Positions 44,675 through 59,129 of a stretch of 64,000 nt of DNA are shown here, piece after piece; within the stretch, counting starts at the first letter, position 1; every line of letters starts with the position of its first letter. The position numbers and the translations under genes were made by a program. Source of the stretch: Macrostomum lignano. Its lineage: Eukaryota. The notes beneath the pieces were generated by a model, which made no database searches, was not told where the DNA came from, and saw only the letters and a list, made by a program, of their open reading frames with translations. The stretch covers positions 372,001 to 436,000 of the forward strand of contig NIVC01000092.1 of NCBI GenBank assembly GCA_002269645.1, read 5' to 3'.

Positions 44675-45240
44675 TGAGGATGCTGGAAGATTGGGGAATA
44701 AATTTGGGGATGCTGGAAGATTGGGGATTCTGGAAGATTGGTGATTCTGGATTGGGGATTCTGGAAGATTGGGGAAATAATTTAGGGATTCTGGAAGATT
44801 GGGGATTTAAATTGGGGATTTTGGAAGATTGGGGATTCTGGAAGATTGGGGATTCTTGCAGATTGGAGATTCTGGAAGATTAGGGATTCTGGAAGATTGG
44901 GGATTCTTGCAGATTGGAGATTCTGGAAGATTAGGGATTCTGGAAGATTAGGGATTCTGGAAGATTGGGGATTCTGGAAGATTGGAGATTCTGGAAGATT
45001 GGGGATTCTGGAAGATTGAGGATTCTGGAAGATTGAGGATTCTGGAAGATTGGGGATTCTGGAAGATTGGGGATTCTGGAAGATTGAGGATTCTGGAAGA
45101 TTGGGGATTCTCAAAGATTGAGTGAGGACTCTGGAAGATTGGGGATTCTCAAAGATTGAGTGAGGACTCTGGAAGATTGGGGATTCTGGAAGATTGGGGA
45201 TTCTGGAAGATTCGGGATTCTATAAGATTGGGGATTTAAT
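44675..45240. repeat. 17-bp minisatellite GATTCTGGAAGATTGGG
   Basis: About 30 copies. Confidence 0.94.
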
Positions 45241-45940
45241 TGAGCATTTTGGAAACTAGGGGATTGTAACTCTTTTTTGGGATTCTCAAAGCTTGGGGAT
45301 TTAGACTTTTGTGAGGCTCTCTGTCTGTAAGTTCAAGGAATTACTCTTGTACACTTGAGGATTTTTAATGCTTGGGGAGTTTGTAAACAGGATATTCTTA
45401 GGGACACGAACTTCGCGCCTCTCTCGATCCAGCTGCTTCCTACTTGACTATTGCACTTTGCAAAAAAAGGCCAACACGTGCTCCTGTTACCCCCATGGAG
45501 CGCCAGAGCAGCTCACGCTGTTCAACAAAAAGTTTCCACTATTTTTACTCCATAGGCAACTCTGATGCAGACGCGACAAGAGAAGCAGGTGTCTCCGCTG
45601 TCTGTGCACAAAACATTCACCTGCTAACTGACTTGACTGCCAGGCTTTTTTTAGGCCGAAAGTTGTGTTCTGTGCTTTTTTTAAAAACTAGAAGAATGGC
45701 ATTTTTGAGCTGGAAATGGTCCGAGCTGGGTGAGAAGGGCGGGAGAGCCGAGGCGGCGGTTCGTGACTCCGGCAATCAGCTTAAAAGCATCTCCTCTGGC
45801 TGAAACTGCTGCTGGATTGAGATTGACTCAGCTGATGCTTGCGTGCCAGGGGCAGGTTAGGGCTGGGCTTTTATCTGGTTATAGCCTTCTGTGTTTCTGT
45901 GTGCGAGTATCTGTGTGTCTGTGTATCTGTCTGTCTACTC

Positions 45941-46340
<400 letters not shown>

Positions 46341-47339
46341 AAGCATCTCTCCTTATCCCTCTCTCACTCTCTGTCTAAGCATCTGTCAGTCCACCCCCCT
46401 CTGTCTGCCATTCCCCTCTCCGGTCAGTTTTTTTCTGGTCAGCCGAGGTTCCCTTCATAATCAGACACCGAAATGACGCATCAGAAGCCTCCCATCCCAG
46501 CTACAGGCCTAGCAATCAAAGATGACCGAAATTTGGCCAAAAAAGATTTTTATTCCGTCATTTTCGACCTTGTTTCAAATTCAATACCAACGCTAACTGG
46601 GAATCGGGGCCAGCCACCCACACAGTTACCTAGGTGGGGGGGGGGGTTGCGCAGGGCACACGGCTACCCACCGAGGTTCCCTACATCTCTGTCCGCCAAC
46701 AATCCCAGCAGGCTGGCAGAATTATCCCAGAGACAAGCGGGGAGCGATGCAAATTAATAGCTGGGCATTGTTGGTTGGTTTATGCGGCTGCGGGAGCCGC
46801 AGCCTGATCTGGTCCAAACAGCCGGAAGGCTATACAGGTGGGATAAAACTGATCGGAGGACCCTGGAGGATATACCCTTCCTCGTTTGGCCTTATCAATT
46901 GGGGAAGGAAGTTCTTTTTCGCATTCCTTTGCTGCTGCAAGAGCTGCAAGAACAAAGCAAGGGTGGAGGAATCAATAGGCCCCAGTCTCCCACGGGCTCC
47001 ATCAACAGCTCCGCTTCCGCAGGCAGGCTGACAGCTTTCGCAAGGAAGCTTTCAACGAATTGGAGCTCCCTTCAATAGCTCCCCACCTTGTCTGATCCGA
47101 AGCATTGATGACGTAATCAGTTGATAAAGAAACAGTTTTCAACATTGTTTACAAGAGAAAGGACACTTGAATGGGGGCTGTTGTACTGGAGAGAGTGGCC
47201 GACTGCAACCTGTAGACATCGTGGGAATGGAATTTGGGATAATTTGGGTTCTAAGGGCTTTTTGTTTCAAAAATTTGAATATTTGGGTTTGAAAGTTTGT
47301 TCCTGCCACTTTGTGTCTATGAGATCATTTTTATAGGTT

Positions 47340-47672
47340 TCTATGTCTATCTCACCTATCTAGATGCCTATCTCACCTATCTAGATTCCTATCTCACCCA
47401 TCTAGATATCTATCTCACCCATCTAGATGTCTATTTCACTTATCTATGTCTATCTCACCCATCTAGATGTCTATCTCACCGATTCAGATATCTATCTCCC
47501 CCATCTAGATGTCTATCTCACCGATTCAGATATCTATCTCACCCATCTAGATGTCTATCTCACCGATTCAGATATCTATCTCACCCATCTAGATGTCTAT
47601 CTCACCCATCTATATGTCTATCTCACCCATCTAGACGTCTATCTCACCCATATCGGTGTCTATCTCACCCCT
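47340..47672. repeat. 21-bp minisatellite TCTATCTCACCCATCTAGATG
   Basis: About 15 copies. Confidence 0.92.
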
Positions 47673-48334
47673 CTAATGATTAACCTCGCCTATATACTCA
47701 TCTGATTTCAAATTAAAGTTTCTAATGCATATCTCTAATCCCACTAAAAACCGTATAAACCCCCCAGCAGCTGAAACCCCATAAAAAAGAAATTCGAATA
47801 GCCAATTTTGGCCTAGGCTCGAATTTTATCCGCCATTTTTCGAAGCAGTTTCTGGCCTTTCTGCCCGGTTGCCAATCGACTCAAATATGGCTAAATTTTA
47901 TGAGACAGCCCAACTGCCCAGAAAATATCATATATCGTGCCATCTACTTGTAAATATTAGCGCAGCCGCTGTCGCTATTCACCAAGACAAAGACCAGGGT
48001 AGATCTCCTAGTAAACAAAGACTTGCATTTTTGTTTCGTATGATTTTGGTTAAACAATTTCAACTTTACGTAGCCACGAGCTAAACGAATAAAAAGAGAT
48101 TTTTTTCCCACGAAATGCCAACAGACCAGCAGTTTTTTTAGATGATGTTCGACCCCAAGGTTTAGCGTAATTTTTATGGTACTGGCGAACCTCATTCTTA
48201 CTGGTGCATTGTTGCGTAACAGTATCTAGATATAGCCACAGAACTGTCGGGAATGTCTGAAAACATTCCGACGGACATAGCACAGAAGATGAGATTGTAG
48301 ATTAAGCACAAGTGGAATAGACACTCAGTTCAGG

Positions 48335-48718
48335 TGAGACGAGACACCTAGGAGTGAGATTTGAGAGTCAGGAGTGATATTAGATACCTATAAAGGTCAG
48401 TAGTGAGATTAGATATTCAGAAGGGTCGGTAGTAGTGAGCTTAGATGCCTATAAAGATCAGGAGTGAGATTAGACACTACGTAGGGATCAAGAGTAAGAT
48501 TAGATATTCAGAAGGGGTCAGGAGTGAGATTAGATATTCAGAAAAGGTCAGGAGTCAGATTAGATATTCAGAAGGGTCGGTAGTAGTGAGATTAGATGCC
48601 TATAAGGGTTAGGTGTGAGATTAGACACTCCGTAGGGATCAGGAGTAAGATTAGATACTCAGAAAGGGTCAGGAGGGAGATTAGATATCCAGAAGGGGTC
48701 AGGAGTGAGATTAGACAC
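48335..48718. repeat. Degenerate ~29-bp repeat GGAGTGAGATTAGATATTCAGAAGGGTCA
   Basis: About 12 diverged copies. Confidence 0.82.
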
Positions 48719-49207
48719 GCAACATAAGTTATATAAGCTACCCTTCGTTTCCCAGTGAGTTGGAGACAGTGGAAAGCCTGAACCAGCTCCAGTTACACCA
48801 ATGTAAATAACTGTCAGGTAAATGCTAACATGGCTGCTTCTGTAACCCCGACAAGATCGAGAGAGCAGGTCCGATGCAACCAATACAATATGCAAATTAA
48901 CTTGGTAACCGAATTCTCTTCTTCGCTGCTTTGGATTCTTGGAGGGGGTCAGTGGAGTTGGGAGGAACTTCCGCGATTCCACAACCCCACGAGCAGAAAA
49001 TTAAAGAGGGATATTTTGAGTATGAGTCATGTTTGCTTGATACTAGGGCTCAACGATAAAAATTTCTAGTTTTTCCCTTTTAAACCCTACTACGGACAGG
49101 GCTGTAACCTTTGATTAAATCGTAGCTCAAATGGAATTCGAACTGAAGGATGGATTTTGGGAAATTTTTGGAATCCATTTTGTAGACTATAAGGAGAGAG
49201 GTGGTGC

Positions 49208-49816
49208 TATGGTAGACAAAGTAGACAGCGGATATGGATCGAGTAGAGTGTGTCATTGGTAGACAAAGTAGACAGCGGATATGGTTCGAGTAGAGTGTGG
49301 CATTGGTAGACAAAGTAGACAGCGGATATGGATCGAGTAGAGTGTGGCATTGGTAGACAAAGTAGACAGCGGATATGGATCGAGTAGAGTGTGTCATTGG
49401 TAGACAAAGTAGACAGCGGATATGGATCGAGTAGAGTGTGGCATTGGTAGACAAAGTAGACAGCGGATATGGATCGAGTAGAGTGTGGCATTGGTAGACA
49501 AAGTAGACAGCGGATATGGATCGAGTAGTGGGGCATTGGTAGACAAAGTAGACAGCGGATATGGATCGAGTAGTGTGTCATTGGTAGACAAAGTAGACAG
49601 CGGATATGGATCGAGTAGTGGGGCATTGGTAGACAAAGTAGACAGCGGATATGGATCGAGTAGAGTGTGTCATTGGTAGACAACGTAGACAGCGGATATG
49701 GATCGAGTAGAGTGGGGCATTGGTAGACAAAGTAGACAGCGGATATGGATCGAGTAGTGTGGCATTGGTAGACAAAGTAGACAGCGGATATGGATCGATT
49801 AGGGTGTGGCACCAGT
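49208..49816. repeat. 45-47 bp minisatellite CATTGGTAGACAAAGTAGACAGCGGATATGGATCGAGTAGAGTGTGG
   Basis: About 13 copies. Confidence 0.96.
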
Positions 49817-50174
49817 AGACTTAATGTTTATAAATTATAATAAATCAATATAAATATTTATAACATGTTATAAATCACTCACCTTGTACCTAGCACCAGT
49901 TTTACAGTAGCCTTGAATTTGTTCGTTTTTGTAACGTGTATATCTATCCAGGTTTTAGGATGTCTCAGAACTTAGGCAGGAGTTCAGCAAAGCAGATCAT
50001 GTTTTGTATTTTATTGCACACACGGAATTAAACCTAAAAAGAGGCTTGAGGCCGATTCTCATTGGTTGCCAGGCCGAGAAAGTGCAGGCCAATGGTGGAC
50101 GAGCTGCCAAGTTCAAGGGTTTGTGCGCAAGAGCCAACACTTCATCCAGTGCTGCGCGACGCGTATTATAAAAC

Positions 50175-51625
50175 GTCACAATGGAATGACCTGTCACAAT
50201 GGAATGACCCGTCACAATGGAATGACCTGTCACTATGGAATGACCTGTCACTATGGAATGACCTGTCACAATGGAATGACCTGTCACAATGGAATGACCT
50301 GTCACAATGGAATGACCTGTCACTTTGGAATGACCTGTCACAATGGAATGACCTGTCACAATGGAATGACCTGTCACTTTGGAATGACCTGTCACTTTGG
50401 AATGACCTGTCACTTTAGAATGACCTGTCACTTTAGAATGACCTGTCACTTTGGAATGACCTGTCACAATGGAATGACCTGTCACAATGGAATGACCTGT
50501 CACTTTGGAATGACCTGTCACTTTAGAATGACCTGTCACTTTAGAATGACCTGTCACTTTGGAATGACCTGTCACAATGGAATGACCTGTCACAATGGAA
50601 TGACCTGTCACAATGGAATGACCCGTCACAATGGAATGACCTGTCACTATGGAATGACCTGTCACTATGGAATGACCTATCACTATGGAATGACCTGTCA
50701 CAATGGAATGACCTGTCACAATGGAATGACCTGTCACTTTGGAATGACCTGTCACTTTAGAATGACCTGTCACTTTGGAATGACCTGTCACAATGGAATG
50801 ACCTATCACAATGGAATGACTCGTCACTATGGAATGACCAGTTACATTGGAATGACCCGTCACAATGGAATGACCCCGTCACAATGGAATGACCCGTCAC
50901 AATGGAATGACCCGTCACTTTGGAATGACCTGTCACAATGGAATGACCCGTCACTTTGGAATTACCCGTCACTTTGGAATGACCCATCACAATGGAATGA
51001 CCCCGTCACAATGGAATTACCCGTCACTTTGGAATGACCCGTCGCAATGGAATGACCCGTCACAATGGAATGACCCGTCACTTTGGAATGACCTGTCACT
51101 TTGGAATGACTTATCACAATAGAATGACCCGTCACTTTGGAATGACCTGTCACTTTGGAATGACCCATCACAATAGAATGACCTGTCACTTTGGAATGAC
51201 CCATCACAATGGAATGACCCGTCACAATGGAATGACCCCGTCACAATGGAATGACCCGTCACAATGGAATGACCCGTCACTTTGGAATGACCTGTCACAA
51301 TGGAATGACCCGTCACTTTGGAATTACCCGTCACTTTGGAATGACCCATCACAATGGAATGACCCCGTCACAATGGAATTACCCGTCACTTTGGAATGAC
51401 CCGTCACAATGGAATGACCCGTCACAATGGAATGACCCGTCACTTTGGAATGACCTGTCACTTTGGAATGACTTATCACAATAGAATGACCCGTCACTTT
51501 GGAATGACCTGTCACTTTGGAATGACCCATCACAATAGAATGACCTGTCACTTTGGAATGACCCATCACAATGGAATGACCCGTCACAATGGAATGACCC
51601 ATCACAATGGAATGACCCGTCACTG
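50175..51625. repeat. 18-bp minisatellite GTCACAATGGAATGACCT with a 362-bp segmental duplication
   Basis: About 80 copies; identical ORF-track translations recur at offset 362. Confidence 0.96.
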
Positions 51626-52064
51626 GACATCCTGGAGCCACACATGAAACTTCTTACATGCTAGTAAGATAGCATGCGCAAAATTGCAGATGAACTACAG
51701 GGTACTTTGAGGTATAATAGGAATACAATTTTTGCTTACGAGGTGAACTCACATTGAGTTCTGTTGTGTTCTGCATTCCGCGGCAACAGGCAGCCAGTGC
51801 CAACCACCCAGAAGGCAGATTACCACTCAACTTCTTTCCCACACACCGATATTTACACCTTAACTCAGCAGACTGCAGCCACCCTGCCGACCCCACACGA
51901 AGCAGTTTCGCTTAAAGATGTATGAATATTAATATTTGAGAAACACTTCTGAAGCCGGAAAAAGTTAAAAAGACTTCCTTTGCAGTTCTGACTTGTGAAT
52001 AAAGAGTTGATACAAAGTGTAAATACTAAAGCAAGTACGAATAGTTAAAAATTCAACAAGCACA

Positions 52065-52182
52065 CCAATGCCACCCCAATCAAGCACACCAATGCCACCC
52101 CAATCAAGCACACCAATGCCACCCCAATCAAGCACACCAATGCCACCCCAATCAAGCACGCCAATGCCACCCCAATCAAGCA
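52065..52182. repeat. 24-bp repeat CAAGCACACCAATGCCACCCCAAT
   Basis: About 5 copies. Confidence 0.9.
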
Positions 52183-52199
52183 AGAACCAATGTACCACA

Positions 52200-53068
52200 A
52201 AACACAAAAAATATCCCAAAGCATGAAAACATCCCAAAACACAAAAATACCAAAAGCCACTCAAAACACACCAAAATATACCCCAAAACACACCAAAATG
52301 CCACAAACACACCAAAATACCCTAAAACACACCAATATACCCCAAAACACACCAAAATACCACAAACACACCAAAATGCCACAAACACACCAAAATACCC
52401 TAAAACACACCAAAATACCCCAAAACACACCAAAATACCCTAAAACACACCAAAATACCCCAAAACACACCAAAATACCCCAAAACACACCAAAATATAC
52501 CCCAAAACACACCAAAATGCCACAAACACACCAAAATGCCACAAACACACCAAAATACCCTAAAACACACCAATATACCCCAAAACACACCAAAATGCCA
52601 CAAACACACCAAAATGCCACAAACACACCAAAATGCCACAAACACACCAAAATACCCTAAAACACACCAAAATACCCCAAAACACACCAAAATACCCCAA
52701 AACACACACCCCAAAATACCACAAAACACACCAAGAATACCCCAAAACACACACCCCAAAATACCACAAAACACACCAAGAATACCCCAAAACACACCAA
52801 AATACCACAAACACACCAAAATGCCCCAAAACACACCAAAATACCACAAAACACACCAAGAATACCCCAAAACACACCAAAATACCACAAACACACCAAA
52901 ATGCCCCAAAACAAACCAAAATACCACAAACACACCAAGAATACCCAAAACACACCAAAATACCACAAACACACCAAAATGCCACAAACACACCAAAATA
53001 CCACAAACACACCAAAATGCCCCAAAACAAACCAAAATACCCCAAAACACCTTAAAACACACCAAAAC
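52200..53068. repeat. C/A-rich ~20-bp minisatellite AAAACACACCAAAATACCCC
   Basis: Extreme strand bias, almost no G on the plus strand. Confidence 0.92.
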
Positions 53069-53664
53069 ACAGAAATACCTTTCCAGACTCGCAACAAAAG
53101 CAAAGACAAAGGAGAATTGAATTGGCACCAGAATTGATAGGTTACATAGTTACGGGGGAAAACCAGAAAATACAACTAGTTACACAGATAAAAGCGTTTA
53201 TTTATATTTAGATATCTGTATTAAAAACGTTTTTCTCAGCTCAGAAGCTCCCATATTTTAAACAAGAAAATTTTGCTCCAAGTCGGTTTTGTTAATTAAT
53301 ATTTGTTGCCATCGAACTGGGTGGGAAAAGCAACGACACACGGAACTGCTTCTTTTTAAGAGAAAAATTGAAATAGAAAAAATAATAATTTAACTCAAGA
53401 GAGAGAAACACATTTCTTTCGCAGCAGATAAAATCAAAACAATGCTGGTAGCAAGATTTCGCTTTTTTTTCTGCAACAAGCGACACTTCGAATTGCCGTT
53501 TCAGTAAAAAAGAACTGCCTTCATAATCTTCTTGTCCGCCTGCTTTCCTCAGATAAGCAATTTTTTTAGACCAAGGGACGGCACACTCCGACCTGTGCAT
53601 GCAGCCTCTGTCCCGCACTCAGGTGCTTTCAAACTGCACAATAGCAATCCGGCCTGCTCAGGGT

Positions 53665-54520
53665 TTGTGCCTTCTCTCTCATCTCTTGTCTCATTTTTAT
53701 CTGCTCTTATCTTCTCTCCCATCTGTTGTCTGATTTTTATCTGCTCTTATCTTCTCTCTCATCTCTTGTCTCATTTTTATCTGCTCTTATCTTCTCTACC
53801 ATCTCTTGTCTCATTTTTTCTCTTCTCTTATCTTCTCTCTCATCTCTTGTCTCATTTTTTCTCTTCTCTTATCTTCTCTCTCATCTCTTGTCTCATTTTT
53901 TCTCTTCTCTTCTCTTCTCTCTCATCTCTTGTCTCATTTTTTCTCTTCTCTTATCTTCTCTCTCATCTCTTGTCTCATTTTTATCTGCTCTTATCTTCTC
54001 TACCATCTCTTGTCTCATTTTTTCTCTTCTCTTATCTTCTCTCTCATCTCTTGTCTCATTTTTTCTCTTCTCTTATCTTCTCTCTCATCTCTTGTCTCAT
54101 TTTTTCTCTTCTCTTCTCTTCTCTCTCATCTCTTGTCTCATTTTTTCTCTTCTCTTATCTTCTCTCTCATCTCTTGTCTCATTTTTATCTGCTCTTATCT
54201 TCTCTTTCATCTCTTGTCTCATTTTTATCTGCTCTTATCTTCTCTTTCATCTCTTGTCTCATTTTTATCTGCTCTTATCTTCTCTTTCATCTCTTGTCTC
54301 ATTTTTATCTGCTCTTATCTCCCATCTTCTTTCCCTCCACTTTTCTCTTCTCTCCCTCTTTCCTCGCCTCGCCCCTCTTCTCTCCCCTCCTCTCTCTCCC
54401 CTATTCTCTCTCTCCCCTCTTCTCTCCCCTCCTCTCTCTCCCCTATTCTCTCTCTCTCCTCTTCTCTCTCCCCTCTTCTCTCTCCTCTCTCTCTCTCTCT
54501 CCTCTTCTCTCACCATCTTC
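53665..54520. repeat. 40-bp minisatellite TCTCTTGTCTCATTTTTATCTGCTCTTATCTTCTCTCTCA followed by a CT-rich tract
   Basis: About 16 copies, then low complexity. Confidence 0.93.
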
Positions 54521-55169
54521 TCTCTCACCTGGCCCGCAGCCATGAGCTGGATTCTTTATCTGGCCCTCGATGACCCGCAATGTCAGACAGATGAGCTGCC
54601 GCTAAATGATCTCTCGTGTGCAATTTACAAATAATTATCCAATTAGTAAAGACGGGACCCCCCAAAAGTTTTTATACGGTATACACAAAACAGATAAATA
54701 TGTACGCGCGTGTAGAACATAACTGTACTTGTTAGCAATAGCTTTTACTGTATATAATTACATACATATTATTCATGTTTTTGTTAAATAATTTTAAATA
54801 TAACAACAAGTGGTCGACTAGATTGACTGTTTAGGGGGGCAGGGGGCCGAGACAACGCCAAATAGAGACTGACAGACGGACACAACATCTCGGGATTTGC
54901 GGGAGGCTGGCTGCGTCAAGAGAGACAGTGAGAGGAGCTGAGGCTGCAGCGGCTGCGGACCCGCCAGCCGCTTAGAGTTTGAAGCCAGCCCGCAGTGTAA
55001 AAAAGGCGAACCAAAACTAACAGATAGACAGTAAACTAACACAAACACTGCTGCAAATGTGCAATTCAGTAACAGTATAAACATTATTGTCAGCTATTTA
55101 TGATATAATATCAAACGGCTTGTCAGCTTCAAACGGACTCAGTTCAGTTAAATTGATAAACACTGGGCT

Positions 55170-56072
55170 GCCCCCCCCCCCAGATGCTTCAGTGGCCGCT
55201 GCCCCCCCTCCCAGATGCTTCAGTGCCCGCTGCCCCCCTCCCCCCAGATGGTTCAGAGGCCGCTGACTCCCCCCCCCTAGATGGTTCAGAGGCCGCTGAC
55301 TCCCCCCCCCCAGATGGTTCAGAGGCCGCTGACTCCCCCCCAGATGGTTCAGAGGCCGCTGACTCCCCCCCCCAGATGGTTCAGAGGCCGCTGACTCCCC
55401 CCCCCAGATGCTTCAGTGGCCGCTGCCCCCCCTCCCCCCAGATGCTTCAGTGGCCGCTGCCCCCCTCCCCCCAGATGGTTCAGAGGCCGCTGACTCCCCC
55501 CCCCAGATGGTTCAGAGGCCGCTGACTCCCCCCCCCCAGATGGTTCAGTGGCCGCTGCCCCCTTCCCAGATGCTTCAGTGGCCGCTGCCCCCCCTCCCCC
55601 CAGATGCTTCAGTGGCCGCTGCCCCCCTCCCCCCCAGATGGTTCAGAGGCCGCTGACTCCCCCCCAGATGGTTCAGAGGCCGCTGACTCCCCCCCAGATG
55701 GTTCAGTGGCCGCTGCCCCCTTCCCAGATGCTTCAGTGGCCGCTGCCCCCTCCCCCCCAGATGCTTCAGTGGCCGCTGCCCCCCTCCCCCCCAGATGGTT
55801 CAGAGGCCGCTGACTCCCCCCCAGATGGTTCAGAGGCCGCTGACTCCCCCCCCCCAGATGGTTCAGTGGCCGCTGCCCCCTTCCCAGATGCTTCAGTGGC
55901 CGCTGCCCCCTCGCCCAAATGGTTCAGAGGCCGCTGACTCCCCCCTCCAGATGCTTCAGAGGCCGCTGCCCATCCCCCAGATGTTTCAGAGGGCCCCTTT
56001 CCCCCCTCCCCCAGATGCTTCAGAGGCCACTGCCCCCCTCCCCCAGATGCTTCAGAGGCCACTGCCCCCCAG
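55170..56072. repeat. C-run-rich ~30-bp two-variant minisatellite (CCAGATGGTTCAGAGGCCGCTGACTCCC / CCAGATGCTTCAGTGGCCGCTGCCCCC)
   Basis: About 28 units with variable poly-C. Confidence 0.93.
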
Positions 56073-56707
56073 TTTAAGCTTCCAAACAAATTTCACCCAC
56101 GTCATCAAGAAAACCAGTGACGCTTAAAAAATAAAACGAGCTGACCGAATTAATTTCATTAATAACCCAACGGCCGTTAGCAATCACAAAAGTACATAAT
56201 AGAGGACGGGTGGGGAACACGAGCAACTGTTGGGAGGAGGGGATTAAGGACCGATACGCTACAAAGACTAAGTCAGCTGCTGTTTAATCTACATTAATTA
56301 AACTACAATAGGCGGCAGTAGTCACAATTCTTAGAATAAAAAAACATTTAGCCGCAGCGCAAAATTCGAAACTGACTACTACTTTTTTGCGTTGTAAGTA
56401 GCAAGTGATGAAAAATCCGGCCTAAATTGAGGTTGTTTTTACCGCTTTATAAAGTATATTACTCTACATATCGGCAAGACCGAACTAATCTTTTAATACG
56501 CACTGACGACTTGAATTGCGCTGAGCTGCGCGCCTCACTAATAAAAAATCGACAACACCCATAGACCAGAAACAAAAAAACAAACAAACACACACACACG
56601 TATGCATAAGTGTGTAGGTATATATATGCTATATAAATGTTGTCAACAAAACAGCGCCGCTAATCCCCTTTCCCATCTGGTCACAGTAGCTGGACAAAAC
56701 TCATTAG

Positions 56708-57122
<415 letters not shown>

Positions 57123-57139
57123 TCAGGGTCGATTTTTTG

Positions 57140-57795
57140 TTGGTCTTAGGGGTGATTCTTTTTGGTTCAGGGGCGATTCTTATTGGACTCAGGGGCGATT
57201 CTTATTGGACTCAGGGGTGATTCTTATTGGACTCAGGGGTGATTATTATTGAACTCAGGGGTGATTCTTATTGGACTCAGGGGCGATTCTTATTGGACTC
57301 AGGGGCGATTCTTTTTGGACTCAGGGGTGATTATTGTTGGGTTCACGGACGATTTTTTTGGACTCAGGGGTGATTCTTATTGGACTCAGGGGTGATTCTT
57401 ATTGGACTCAGGGGCGATTCTTATTGGACTCAGGGGCGATTCTTATTGGACTCAGGGGTGATTCTTATTGGACTCAGGGGTGATTATTGTTGGGTTCAGG
57501 GGCGATTTTTTTGGACTCAGGGGTGATTATTGTTGGGCTCAGGGGCGATTCTTATTGGACTCAGGGGCGATTCTTATTGGACTCAGGGGTGATTCTTATT
57601 GGACTCAGGGGTGATTATTGTTGGGTTCAGGGGCGATTCTTATTGGACTCAGGGGGGATTCTTATTGGACTCAGGGGTGATTCTTATTGGACTCAGGGGC
57701 GATTCTTATTGGACTCAGGGCGATTCTTATTGGACTCAGGGGTGATTCTTGGACTCAGGAGGCGATTTTCATTGGGCTCATGGGGATTGTTTTGG
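57140..57795. repeat. 22-bp minisatellite GGACTCAGGGGTGATTCTTATT (macoilin last intron)
   Basis: About 29 copies. Confidence 0.95.
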
Positions 57796-57864
57796 ACTTG
57801 TGAGGCGAGTCTTCTCAAGGTTGATTGGCGATCACTCATTCCTTCGCGGGTTCACAGAACTCAC

Positions 57865-58127
57865 TCTGAAAATAGTCGATATCCCTGCGCGCCTTGTGCA
57901 GCGCGGACAGCAGGTCCTGCTTCATCTTGTTCTCATCGCGCAGAGCCTGGTCCAGCACGGCGTTCTTCTCCTTCATGGCGTTGAGCGCCGTCATCAGCAC
58001 CTCGCGCTCGCGGCTCTCCTCGCGCATCTTGGCCAACTCACGCAGCTCAACTTCGCGCGCTCGCGCCGTTTCATCTTTTGCGCGCAGCTCCCTACGAGCG
58101 GCCTTGAGCTCGGACTCAAGCTGGGAT
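57865..58127 (-). CDS. MACO1: Macoilin internal exon (coiled coil)
   Basis: Acceptor cctcctccgtcag|a (phase 2) gives (R)[87 protein letters not shown], matching macoilin EVLMSALSAMQDK...E..IKLDLFSAL; donor caga|gtgagt (phase 1); 263 nt = 1+261+1. Confidence 0.93.
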
Positions 58128-58199
58128 CTGACGGAGGAGGAAGATTGCAGGGATCTTGGCTTAATGGGAAGAATAGTGTAGTGCTATAGTCTCGACCCT

Positions 58200-58618
58200 A
58201 AGAATCCAGCAGGAATCTCACCCCTAATAAGAATCTAATCAGGAATCTAACCTCTAATAGGAATCTAATCAGGAATCTCACCCCTAATAAGAATCTAATC
58301 AGGAATCTCACCTCTAATAGGAATCTAATCAGGAATCTCACCCCTAATAGGAATCTAATCAGGAATCTCACCCCTATTGAGAATCAAATCAGGAATCTCA
58401 CCCCTAATAGGAATCTAATCAGGAATCTCACCCCTAATAAGAATCAAATCAGGAATCTCACCCCTAATAAAACTCGATCAGGAATCTCATCCCTAGTAAG
58501 AATCAAATCAGGAATCTCACCTTTAATGAGAATCTAATCAGGAATCTCACCCCTATTGAGAATCAAATCAGGAATCTCACCCCTAATGAGAATCAAATCA
58601 GGAATCTCACCCCTAAGA
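58200..58618. repeat. 30-bp minisatellite AGGAATCTCACCCCTAATAAGAATCTAATC (macoilin intron)
   Basis: About 14 copies. Confidence 0.95.
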
Positions 58619-58656
58619 TTTCATTTAAAATATCAAGCTCGAATCGCAGCACTCAC

Positions 58657-59048
58657 CGTCGGGACCGGCAGTGCTCAGAGGTACACTCGTTGCTCTGTCT
58701 GACGGTGCACAGATTCGACAGCAGCTCCTCCTTGGCTCGCCTCTCCCTATCCAGAGCCGCCTCAGTAGCCTGCCTGACCTTCCGCTCCTCCGCCAGCTTC
58801 TTCTCCAACTGCTGGCAGTTGGCCTTGTCAGTCTGGCTCCGCTGTACAAGATTGTGCAGCCGATTCTGCAAAGACTCATTGTCCTGCCGAACCGAGCTCA
58901 GCTCCATGCGCACCTGCTTCTCTGCCCCGGCCAGATTGGCCAGCTGAGAGCGCAGATCCGATTCGACGCTTCTTGAGGATTGCAGATCGCCGCGAAGGCG
59001 CTTCACGTCTGTCTCCAGGCGCTGGTAGCACGGGTCAGTGTTCAGCAC
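58657..59048 (-). CDS. MACO1: Macoilin internal exon (coiled coil)
   Basis: Acceptor cctacccccag|gtg (phase 0); [27 protein letters not shown]...[15 protein letters not shown]-type segment ...[11 protein letters not shown] matches the macoilin coiled coil (RLEQDIKKLKADLQASRQVEQELRSQI); donor cg|gtgagt (phase 2); 392 nt = 390+2. Confidence 0.93.
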
Positions 59049-59129
59049 CTGGGGGTAGGCCGGTAGGTCAGGATTTAGCGTGACAATGAGGAGAGGGAAA
59101 CAATAGATAGAACGGATACAGAACAGGTT

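Noticed and set aside
48756-48817. Plus-strand exon-like segment (ttcgtttcccag| ... cag|gtaaat)
   Set aside because: Stops in all three frames and no partner exons identified.
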